A stretch of 63,972 nucleotides of DNA, counting the filler, from Trypethelium eluteriae (Eukaryota), in assembly GCA_051942245.1 (NCBI GenBank). It is 3 parts of 3 records of this genome, joined end to end, with 100 filler letters (N's around TTAATTAATTAA, not from the genome) between each part and the next. Parts side by side here need not be neighbours in the genome. Positions count along the whole stretch, not along the records: positions 44,370 to 63,972 come from JAVECL010000522.1; 2 more parts are not named here. The stretch is one strand, 5' to 3'. This document shows positions 50,301 through 62,068 of this stretch, one piece after another. Made by a program: the position numbers and the translations under genes. How positions within the stretch are numbered: the first letter of the stretch is position 1; every line of letters begins with the position of its first letter. The notes under the pieces were generated by a model. The model had not been told where the DNA came from. It saw only the letters and a program-made list of their open reading frames with translations, and did not search any database.

Positions 50301-52510
50301 CGCTTTCGTCCATATAAGAATTCTTCATTCCGGCCGGACTTTAGATTGACTCTGAGCGATCTTCGTTACCGACCCAGATGCAGTCCAATCGCGATATTAG
50401 GCACGGTGCAACATTTCTAGAGCTGGCGATGGTCGGCCGACGTTGACGTTCCACACCATGGTCGCATAGAACAATGATTGGATAGATGGCACGAAGGAAG
50501 TTGACCTGCTCGGAAGTCGTAGCAAGGTAGTCCTAGCATGACTCGTCTGGGGAGCTTTATCGGATAAGCGTGCCAAGAAGATTGGCGTCAAGCCCTTCGA
50601 ACCAGGCCACCAGCCCTCCATGGCTCGCACAGAGCCACCGAGCGAGGCATGGAGAACAAATGCCCATCACCGAGGTCCTATCCGGGAATGCCTTGTGAAG
50701 CTTTGCCTTATTTTGCTCTGACCCTGCGCGCGACATCTTGCCCCTGTCAGTGCGATTTTCGTGAGTCGCCCGATCGCGCACACTCCAGTCATCTTTGGCG
50801 CCTAGGGGCTGGCAAGCCCTGTGGCATCAGTCCACTTGTGTCTCCGGATTGATAGAATTGCCTGCCCTGAATAGCCATGAATGCTACTCAATTTCGCGAG
50901 GCCGGCTCCGATCGCCGCAAACTGGGGCAATTGAATGCCCTTCAACTCGTGACGTGACGCATTGATGCGCCAGCCGATCGCAACTCTCGACCAGACAGCC
51001 AGACAGAGTTCCTTCGAGCTCGAAATCTAAACCCCATCTGCCGCTAGGCCACATGCTGCCCTATCGGCCGAAGCTGCTACCCTGCTATGGCGGCATGGCC
51101 CTGGGGAAGGCTACTGCCGCGCGTCTGGCATGCGGTGCTTTTGGTTTTCTCTTTGGTGCTCCTTCTGCGAGAGCCATGCCAAAATCGCCGAGAGAGAAGG
51201 AGCTCGTCGACTTGCGTCTCGGGAGCAGGGTCTCTTCTCGGGACGCAAGCACAAAGTCCATCTTGGCATCTTAGATGGACATGATCTAGCGATAGAGTTG
51301 GACGATCAAGCACCGCCATGTGGATACGCCGGACGCTGCGACTCGCATTGTCTGATGGGGCAAGCTTTCTGAGTCTACGGAGTACATTCCAACGAAAAGG
51401 TGCTTTTTCAGCAGTCTGGAAACCCGCTACAAGATCCAGTCTGGCGGTGGTGGTGGCGAGAGGGTTCAACCCTTAGCAGACTATGCCGAAAGCACGATAG
51501 CCGTTCCCTGTGCCGCTCAGATGCTTGTTTCGTCATTGGCTCGTTCAGCTGTCAGAATGCTCGACCCCTCGGATTTCTGCCTTGGGGTGCTGGCCCAGAG
51601 ACTAATATTTTGTCCCCAGACGACCGTTTTTGTCAGCGATAATGAGTGGCTGTCAGGCATTGTCCGCTAAATGGCGCTGCCTCAGCCTTTGGCAGCGACT
51701 CTTCAACGGTAGAACGGGACGGAGCTCACAGCAGACTGCGATTGGACGAGTGGGGGATTCGCTTGATTGCATCCCCGTCCCCTGTCTGCAGCATCTGGCT
51801 GCAGCCCAGAAGCACGCAACGGCTCGACTTACGGGGAGCCCTGAAGCTGCTCTGTTGACCCGGCTCGTCTCTCAGCCGCCACTCTCGATTCCCCACCAGG
51901 GCCTGATCCCATTGGCGCCGGTGGCCGACGTCTGATCCCCTCCATTTCCATCCATTGATTCCCATCCCATCCCCTGCCAGCATCCAAGCATCCCAGCGTT
52001 CAAGCACCCTAGCATCCTAGCATCCTAGCATCCCAGCACCCCAGCGCCGCAGCAGCCCCCAGAGGCCAGCATCCCCGTCCAGGCGGCCGTGCGCTGCAGT
52101 CCAGGTCAGGACGAGGCCTGTCCCTCGCAGCCGGATTAGGCACGGCTGGAGCCAGCATCCACTCGTCCAGAGGCTCCCAGCGCAGCAGCAGCGAGCGTCA
52201 ATCGGCAGAGATTGGCAGCTCGGGCGCTCCAACAGCGGCCGCTTCTGCGGGACTGCGCTGTACGTGAGCTGAGAGCCCTTGCAACTCGCGCCGTCCCGCT
52301 CACGCATCCTGAGACCGATAGCCTTTTGTCGAGCAACGGCATCGCGGCGGCGTGTGCGCGAGTGGCAGGCACGCTTGCCCAGCATCTCCCAGCATCTCCC
52401 AGCGAGCACATCCTGACCCATCCTAATCATCGACCATCTGGCAGTAGTCAGTCCATCCACGCCACGCCCAGCTGCCCGCCTACACCGGCCCGCGTGCTCC
52501 TTGCCGCCGC

Positions 52511-52511
<1 letters not shown>

Positions 52512-52544
<33 letters not shown>
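52512..52544. repeat. (CTG)11 microsatellite upstream of stuA
   Basis: Direct count; followed by (TGTCGC)3 and a CT-rich tract near 52720-52775. Confidence 0.95.
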
Positions 52545-53996
52545 AGGGTTGCTTGTCGCTGTCGCTGTCGCTCTGCTGCTCAGTGGTGTCGAAACTTCTG
52601 GCTGCTTTGCGAATACGCACGCTCGTGTCGAAGGCATTCAACGGCCGACGGTGATCTGATCTTGTCCAGAATTGCTCGCATTGGCTATCGTGCGCGGAAG
52701 CTCCAGTTCACGCTTCGAGATCTCCCTCTCTCTCTCCCTCCGCCTCACTCCCTGTGTCTGTCGCTCTCTTTCTACTGGAGGTCAAGCATCCTCTCGCTGG
52801 CCCCGGCCGCACACACGCACCACACTAATACCTGGCATCCGACCCGCCCTCGCCTACGCTATATCACTGATCACTGGCCTGTTGGTTGCTCCCACTTCTA
52901 CGCCATCCGATTCGAGCACTAGCACAGGATCACATCCCAACCTCCTCCGCTTCTAAACCTCCGCTGCCCCCCCACTGCTGCCTCTGCGCCTTGCATTCCT
53001 GCCTGCAGCACTACCTTCGACCCTTCGCTGCGAAGAGGTGAGATTGAGGCCGGTCCATCCGTGACCTGCTCCACGGCCGCCGTTTTTACTCACGCTGCCG
53101 CTGCACGTTTCGACACTGTCCAGTGCAGTGCGTGTCGACGTCTGCACCGCAGATCGAGCACAACACGACTTCACGACTGGCACGACGCATGAAAAGTGTT
53201 TGTTCGTTGTGAATCTGAGCTGCTTCATCCCTCTACTTCCCTCGTTTCTTCTCCCCGCCGGACACTGCACGGTGCGCGTGTGCGCCCGTCGCCGTTGACC
53301 TCCCCGCCAAAACAACCGCGCTGAGAGAACAACACGGAGCGACAGGACGACGATAACGACCGAAACGACCTCTATGACCCGAGACTGGAAAGCCTTTACC
53401 ATAATCACGACCTGTGTCTGTTCTTAGTTTCTGGTGCCCTCCCCCAAAGCGAAGCATTCACTTGCATCACACGCATTCCACGCCTCACGTCCACCACGCG
53501 CGACCCACCTCCCATTCACCACCAGGGCCGTACACCCACCACCAGCGAGAGCCTATTCGATAGCCAATTGCTTTCTTCTCCGCGCAAATTTCTGCCAAAT
53601 CTTCCGCAGTCTGCTTCTGAACTCCCTCAAAAGTCTGTATTACCACTGAACTGACTCGCCAAGTCGACGTTACTACTCTTCATCGAAGCTACATTCCAGA
53701 GCAAACACTTTGGAACCCTTCATTCACTTGGACGGTTCTACGACGCAGCATTGGCCGGCACTGGATTTCCGCCGACCCTGCATCACTATAATTTTTTCTT
53801 GACGGGACTGACCTCTCGGCTACCTGCATCGATCCTGCGGTCGCCTGTTGATAGATCGGTTTGATCCATCCCCAGCTTGCATTGCGCGCGCTTGGTATTC
53901 TTCTAGAAGATCCTTGCGACTCTTTGGAGTCTCCTGCTCAAAAACTCCTCCTGAACTCGCTCTCCCGCACAGTCGCGAGCGTTTCGACGCTCAACC

Positions 53997-56395
53997 GTGA
54001 AACTGGAGCTGCCGTCGATCTCCCAGGTTCACTCCCGGGGCTTCGTTGACGGACCGTTCAACCAACCCCATTTTGCCTCTGCGAACGAGCGGTACCCAGC
54101 TTTGCCTCAAATTCAGCCTCAGGCAAGCTCGTCTTCGGATACTTCCTCGCCTCGGGGTGGATCGTTTAGTACATCGTCTGCAGTCAACAGCAACCACAGC
54201 TCAAACACCTCCTACTCCTCATCCATTCACGGCGGCAATACCCACACAGGTCTGAAGACGCCATCACCCGAGCAGACACCTCAGACTGGTTTCCAGCCTC
54301 AAGAATCTCCGTACGGTGTAAACAACAGCGCGTACGGATACAACGCGCCTTCTTACAACAGCATGAATCATCCTCAGCCATCGTACATGGACGTACACCA
54401 ACAACCCCACATGAGTACGCAAGCTCATCCAGTGTCCTCTGCGCCGCCTACCACCCTGCCACACTATTCGCAGTATGGCCAGCAGCCTCCATTGCTTCAA
54501 CCCGGACCGGGGAGTTACTCTGGACAAAGCTCTTACAGCCATTATGGTTACAATGGAGTATCACAGCCGCAATCTGCTGGTCACCCTGGAACGGCGTCAA
54601 TGGGTTCTCAGTTGATGCCGCAGCCTCCCATATCATTGCCCGGTAAGTACAGTATTCGTGGATTAAATCAGAGCCATTGAATTAACGCGCACATAGCCAT
54701 GTCAACGACCGCACCCGGCCCTCCAGGGTCTGCTGGGCTTCAGAGCGCGCAAGGCTACAGTCCACAAACCTTCGACACGACCGGTCAAGTAGCTCCGCCA
54801 GGCATGAAACCACGCGTCACAGCCACTCTTTGGGAGGATGAAGGCAGCCTTTGTTTTCAGGTTGAAGCTGAAGGTGTCTGCGTTGCTCGTCGAGAGGGTA
54901 CTTCAGCTCACGTTGTCATAGCTCCAGTCTGGGAAGTGCTAACGATGGATAGACAACCACATGATCAACGGGACTAAGCTTTTGAACGTTGCAGGTATGA
55001 CCCGTGGTCGCCGTGACGGTATTCTCAAGAGCGAGAAAACCAGACACGTTGTGAAAATCGGGCCGATGCATCTAAAAGGTGTTTGGTGAGTAATTTTTTT
55101 CCCCCAATGGTTTGGATGACTTTTCTCTAATGCTCCGTAGGATCCCTTTCGAGCGTGCTCTTGACTTCGCAAACAAGGAGAAAATCACGGAAAAGCTATA
55201 TCCGCTGTTCGTGCATGACATTGGCGCGCTTCTCTACCACCCGTCGAACCAGCCACGTGGAGTCGCGAATGTCGCCATGGCCGCTGCAGAACGGAGGCGC
55301 AATGAACAACAGCAGCAGCAGCAACAGTACATGAGGAATCCACAAGGTCCGCAACCGCCTTCATTAACCCATCATCACTCGATGAGCAATCCCATCGGCG
55401 CAAACATTCCCCAACCGCCCCACTCGATCGCTCCCCATCCAGCATCTGGACGTCCTGGCCTTGATAGGGCTCATACTTTTCCCACACCACCCACCAGTGC
55501 TTCTAGCATCATGGGTATGGGCAATTCTGGAAGCTCTTACGAGTGGGGTGGGGCTCCTGTCTCTGCCATGCCCAATAGTCAACCTCTTTCCATTGATACA
55601 GGACTAAGTAATGCTCGTTCAGTGCCTACCACCCCCGCAACTACACCACCTGGCAATTCGATGCCAGCAAGCATGCAGCAATACCCAACGACCCAAGCGT
55701 ACGATAGCACGAGACAGCTCTACTCGGCGCCATCTCAACCCGCGCAGTATGACTCTCAGCCACCTATGCCACGGTAAGTCTTGTTGAACCTTGGAAAAAG
55801 TGATTGAATTCGAGCCTAATGTACGTGCAGTGAACAAGATACGACGCAGGATCATGAACAACATGAATATAAGCAGGAGCCAGAATACGCGCATTCAGGT
55901 GCACAGTACAGCTCCAATCGCGGTACATACCCTTACAGTGCGACTTCCGCCGCAGCGCCTCTCCAGAACGAACATATTTCTCCCGAGATGACCGGCTCAC
56001 CATCACACCCCAATGGGTCTGGTCGTGCCACTCCTCGTACAGCAGCAGCGCCTCCACAGTGGTCGGGCGGCTATAGCACACCCCAACGCTCTAATCAGCC
56101 CCCGCCCAGCAGTAATCTTTACAATGTAATGAGCAACGACACTCGTTCGGCTCCAAACGGCGCGTCAGCAACCGATTACGCCAATCAAGGCGGCTATGGT
56201 GCTTCTGCATACCAGACACCCAACGGGGCCACACCCTCGACCAAGCGCGTCCGAGAGCTCGATGATGACGGTGCTGATGACTACGCTCGAGCCGGAAATC
56301 GCGATGCTATCGATGGCCTGAAACGCCGAAAGACTATCGATGAAGGCGGCGCGGTGGGACCCTATCCCCCACAGCGCATCCAGCAACGGAGGTAG
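53997..56395 (+). CDS. stuA: APSES transcription factor StuA; exons 53997(GTG) or 54363(ATG)-54642, 54697-54897, 54953-55085, 55141-55773, 55831-56395
   Basis: [144 protein letters not shown]. All four introns are in phase. Confidence 0.97.
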
Positions 56396-58757
56396 TCTGG
56401 AGTTTCTTGCTAGACCCTCCTACGATACTTTGACGACGTGTAATACTGATTCAAGAGCGGGTGAGCTGGAGTTGTGACGAATATGGCTTCAGATCGCCTG
56501 CTCGAAGCCCTTTGTAACGGCCGGCTACTCAACTGCGCGGTTCGCGTTTTCGGAAGTTTTCTTCGACTCTGGAGGAGCCTGGCTTTGCTCTCATGGCATC
56601 GCATGGCTTTCGGCGTTGCTGAACATTGCTGCGTTTTCGACACGAATCTCCTTGGCGTAGACTGTGCTTGTCCCGCTTGCTGATTACACGAAACGAAATA
56701 TAGAGTTGTGGCGTCGGTTGGATGATTTGACCGTGCGCGCGCACACAGCTCAAGAACAACATTTAACCATATACTACACTCCCTTCACCATTTCCTTGAC
56801 ATCTGGCACATTCAATTCCATCTATTTTCTTTCCTCCATCAGCGATTGATCTACTGCGGCTTTGTGTCTTTTCTGTGGAATCTCTGTTTTTTAAGGCATT
56901 CTGACGATCACGACGATTACGACACATAACCTTTGCCTTAACTTTTACACTTTATTTACACGACCTCACGACAACAGTCGACTCATGACTGCTTGTGCTA
57001 TTGCAACCTTCCCCTTTGTGTTTTCTGCTTCCTCTTTCAACACGATCCATGAGCGATGCTGCGACATGTTAACGGCTGACACTCTGGCATACGTGTTTCC
57101 ACCACTGCTTTGACTTTCTTCTTCACTGCTGAGACAGTGTGCAGAATATGCATTCTTGTCGAAGCATAATGCTCATTTGATTTACTTTCTTTACTACTTA
57201 GCCCCTATCCTCTCCTTTTACAAAAGCTGTGCAACGGGTGGAATGATTGCAAGTGAAATGAAGTGGCGGAGAGTTGATGCAGGCGATGGCAATGATGATG
57301 ATTGAACATTCGGCACAAGCGACTTTTATGACGATGATGGTTGATCTTCTTTCTGCTTGACGATGATGGCTGCATGGTGGAAACGAGAGCGACATTTTCG
57401 ACTGCTGCTACTTCTTTCTGCTGAATGCTGTTGTCGTTGTCTTCTGTTGTTTTGTCGCCTGCGCGTCCGATTGGGTACTGCAGGGACAGGGTAGCAACAC
57501 CACCTTTTTCTCTTTTAGCACCTCTCTCTGGGTTGTAGCCGGTGTAGCTTCGTTCATGCAAGCGACAGGCCTACTAGACCAAAAAGCTATTTTTTTTCTT
57601 GTAACCTTGACAAATCCTGACACCGCGTAAGCTTGCCTTGACTGTCGTGCGGACCTCCTCGTGACCTCTTCTTCATGGCAGAGCCCTTCCTATTCCATGC
57701 CCTTTCCCAGCACACTGGGCCCTATCGTCCCTTGTGGAGGCTATGGTCTCTACCTATGCACCATGTCATCATGGCACTGCTCCCGCAGACGTACGATAGC
57801 CTCAACGCACTAAGCACGAGCTGACCCTCTGCACGATGTACAGCACCATGTTTAGCAACAATTCTCCCCTGAACCTGCAGCTCTGTATGTGCAAAGCAGG
57901 AGAGGACCTCCGGTCGTACGATGTATGCACACAGCCCGAAACGCGGCTCCCACATGTTCTCGGTGGGTTCGAGAAGAGAGGCCGTCCAGGCTGCAGCGCG
58001 GCATCTTGCATGGTGGAGGTCATGGGTAAAAGGATAAATGCCTGCAAGGTTGGCTGGCCGCATATCGATCGCGGGATGTACTACTTTGACGGATCAAGAA
58101 GGGCTAGAAGTTTCTTGGAGCTTGTTAATTAAGCACTTGGCCAAGATGGCGATGAAAAGGGCGCTTTTTGGGGCCTCGCCGAGAAAGGAAATTCGTTCCA
58201 TAAGGCATGGTGGTGGATGCCGTTTCATAAGCCATAGCGCTATCAACAAGAGAAAAAAAAAAACAAATATTGATTTCGAAGTCTAGAATGTGAATCGTTG
58301 AATTTATCGCACATGGTCACCACCACTATCGACAAGGCCGGCCATAGCCAGCAACAATGCAACCTCAATGATACAACAACATGCACGAAGCCCAGCTGTC
58401 CGAGGCCCTGAAAAATCCCACGGGCTCGGTCTCAGCCAAAAACGCCAAGCCCCAGCCTAGGCAGTGAGGTGAGTTCGTTCCCATGAATGCCTTTACTGTG
58501 TCACGATATGCCCTTCCCAAACGCCATAGTCTAGCCGAGCAAGAAGTAGATGCTCGCCAGACGGATGCCCAACCCACCATGCTCCAAAGTCCTCAATGCA
58601 GAGTAGTGCCCCAACACTCGAGTGGAAAAAGAGAGCCGAATGACGTCTTCCGCGCCTCATCCACGAGAGGAAAGAGAGGAAAGAGAGAACAAAAGAAAAC
58701 CAAAGTCCTCAGCACGACGTTCAGCGGAATCGTCACCTCTTTTCCATGGTCTCCCAG

Positions 58758-61012
58758 CTACAACTCCGTGTAATCGCTTGGTCGAATCCTCTTCTGCCGA
58801 TTCTGATGGCGATGCGGATTCACCGGCTTGCGGAAATACGCATCGTCGTCCCCAGTCCCACCACCGCTGCCACCATTCCCCATCGTTCCGCGCTGCTGAT
58901 TCGGAAAGCTCATGCCCGCTCCTCCTCCTCCACCACCCCCTCCACGTCCCATACCACCATTTCCATTCGTCATCTGGCCCTGCCAGCCATTATTGCGTTG
59001 ATTGGGATATTGCTGGTTGCCATTCATGCCCCAGTTGCCCTGCTGTGCGGGATTCCAGCCGTTGGGTCCCTGCTGTGGGAAGCCCATGGCGCCGCCGTTG
59101 TTTCCTGGGAATCCTCCTCCCATCCCGTTCATTCCTCCTACTCCTGCAGCACCTCCCCCCCATCCGTTCTGCGACATCATCATCGGATTCATCATCGCTG
59201 GGTTCATGCCCATCATGCCGCCCATCGACATAGCCATCATAGGGTTGGGGAAGCCCATGTTCGGCATGCCGTTCATGTTGGGCATAGTCGGGAAGGGCAT
59301 GTTGCCATTGGGAAGCTGGCCCCCGCCCATTTGGGCACTCATGGCATTCATTTGGTTAATGAAGTCTTGTTGTGATTGAGGTACGATGGGGTTTGGTTGG
59401 GAGGCCGATGCGGTGGCAGATGTTGATGGTGTCGTTGTTTGATCACGCATGGCTGCAGGTGCTGTAGGGACCCGGTTATTCTCCAATTCTTCGTCGGCTG
59501 GACGCTTTTTGGCGTTGGCGTCGCCGATTGTAGGCTGTGGCGTTGAAGATGAAGTCTTTTCCTTGTTGTCTGTAGATGACGGTGACTTACGATCCTGCTT
59601 CGGCGACTTTGGTTCGGCACCTGGCGATCCCGCTGTGCCTTGCCCCTGCGGTGTGCCTGGATTTTCCATCTTGCCGTCTACCTTTGGAGGGCTTTTAGAC
59701 CTCTCCTTCTCCCTGCGTTGTGCGGCCTTCTCATCTTCAAAAGACTTGATCTTCTTCACCATGTCATCATCAGGCTCGAGATTGTCGATTAACACGCCCT
59801 CAGTCTGGCAATTAGGACAAACGAAATCATTGTTAATCAAAGCATTCTCAATGCAGTCATTACAATATGTCTTGCCGCAACATGGTGTTTTCATTGGTTC
59901 AACGAACATGCGTTTATCAAGGGAACACTCCAAGCCTCGCTCCTGCAGCTCTTTGCTACCACTGGCAGCCTCCTGCTTTTGTGCCGCAGATGCTTTTGCT
60001 TTGTCTTGGAATTTCTGAAATGACTGATGATCTGGCACCGCGATGACAAACTCACCCTCGGCGTTGATCATGACTGCACTATGTTGCTTCGTATCATCTG
60101 TGAGACCGTCATTGACAGCATTTGCAACAGGCTTCTCAACAGTTTTTTGGAAGCTCTTGGGAATCCCCGTTGTCCGCTTGATCCGAGGTTTCTTCTCATA
60201 TTCGGGATCGTCGTTGGTAGGGCAAGCTTGGATCCAGTGTCCTATTACACTCGTTAGATTTGCAGGGATACTTGACTCAAAGGGCAAAGCATGTACCTTT
60301 TTCTCCACAGCGATAGCAGACGTATCCGTCTGGAGGTGGACGGTCTGGTATATTCACAGGTTTTCCTCGACCCGCGCCTCGGTAAACAGGCTTAGCACTG
60401 AGTTCGCATCATGTCAGTACACAGTCTCGCGAGAATTTATTTAAAGGTCTAAGCATTTTTGAAGTTACGTACTTGGCCATCTGCTGCTTTTGTTGCTCCC
60501 AAGAATTACCCTCAGCTGCGAACATTGCTGCTATTCTCTCCTCCTCTGTTTGTGCATTGTTCATGTCGGGTGCACCATTCGCCCTTGACATACCCTGACC
60601 ATCTGAGCCCTGCCGTGTGTGCTGGGCTTCTTTACGATATTGATTCTTGGCATTGACGGGCATCTTGCCAGAAACATAGCGAGCTGCTCTGCCGGCGCCG
60701 TGCATGCGAGCCGGGAGGCGTCGGGCGACAATAGAAGTGGAGCGGGGGATAACTGTGGTATCATCGTCGTATTCTTGCGACAGGCCGTCAGCATACAATC
60801 ACAGGAGGCCTAGTCTCTGGAAGGCACGAGGAGAGCTTACCGTCATTGGCGTCCTCGTTATAGATAGCAAGATCAAAGTCGGTACCGTCTCCAAGACGGC
60901 TGATATTTATGATTTCCCGTTTCACCTCGAAGACAGAGATGCCGGGGCCATCAAAGGTCACACGCTGCGAGTCTTTCTGCGATTTGAACTTGAAGAAGAT
61001 TGAGGAAGACAT
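58758..61012 (-). CDS. MPE1: Mpe1/RBBP6 cleavage-polyadenylation factor (DWNN, zinc knuckle, RING); 4 exons
   Basis: MSSSIFFKFKSQK DWNN domain; spliced YVCYRCGEK/GHWIQACPTN knuckle; RIKRTTGIPKSF; CSLD..TPCCGKTYCNDCI..CPNC RING; C-terminal AYFRKPVNPHRHQ. Confidence 0.95.
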
Positions 61013-62068
61013 TATGTCGGGAAAGGCTTAATAGCCGGATCTTCAAAGGGTAGGGAATGACCTAAAAGTCCAGTGCGAGAGGATTCAAGCACACGAAGTG
61101 AAATCGGTTCCGTGGACTATTCGTCGGCGATGTGAAGGCGGATTCAAGACTCCTGTAAATGTAGACAAGAAAGGCGAATCAAGAAGTCGATTGTGCGACA
61201 GCCACAACGATGTAAAGGCCTTTGATCAGTGCGAAGTCGGAGGTGCAAGCAAAGGTATCGCCTCAAGGAAAGGTTATGTTTTTATTAGTTCAGCTGAACC
61301 TTGGAGAAGGTCAAGTCTAGTGCTCGGCAAGGAAAATCGTTTATGGTATTGTTCTTCTGGGCCTATTGCGGCAGACGTGACAATGTCAAGAAATAAAGAA
61401 GGCAGAAACTGTGTACACAGCAAGAGTGTGAGCGGGTCAAACGCTCCCCAAATCCTGAGCCTGTGATAACAGAACGACCCCCCAGATAACCCCCAAGATA
61501 CTATTGTCTAGTACAGTCTGAAAGAGCTTGCTATTGTTGCCTCAATAGATGACCGAGGAGGCCACGCGACCAGAAGTGAGGACCGCCACCGCAGACACGA
61601 ACCGGATATGCGCACGTACCCTATGGATCAACTGAGACCTGATACCTGAGGCTTTGAGCTGGAGGAAGATGGCGTTGATGAGGAGCGATGGAAATTGCGA
61701 CGTAGGAGCAAGTAGAGTGGACAGGATGAAAGAGTTGATGGAAGAAGGAAGAGGGAGGAGGGAAGAGAGTGAGGAGTCATCAGAGTTGGTTTAGAGTTGG
61801 CGCTTTCCCTCGCGCTCCGCTTCTTTGTCATGGAACGGCCCGTGCGCCTGCCGATTATGCACCCGACTTTGCAGTCAGCCGACAGACATGTGCCATTCAA
61901 CTGACGGGAAATAATTAACTTCGTCACTACAGGTAACGACTATGGCACTACGAATAGGGATACGAATTTGGTGGCTACCTTAGTGCCAGAGACATTTTGG
62001 GTCTCTTGTCATGGTTCAACTAAGTACAGGTGCGGAGTACACCGATTCTAGTCCTGATGCCCACACAG

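Noticed and set aside
52017..52922. 206-aa poly-Q and 236-aa poly-L ORFs
   Set aside because: Products of GC-rich low-complexity promoter DNA and the CTG microsatellite; non-ATG starts and no domain signal.
58622..60444. Long + strand ORFs over MPE1 (and similar antisense ORFs over DPB2, YAE1, dehydrin)
   Set aside because: Antisense shadows of well-supported genes.
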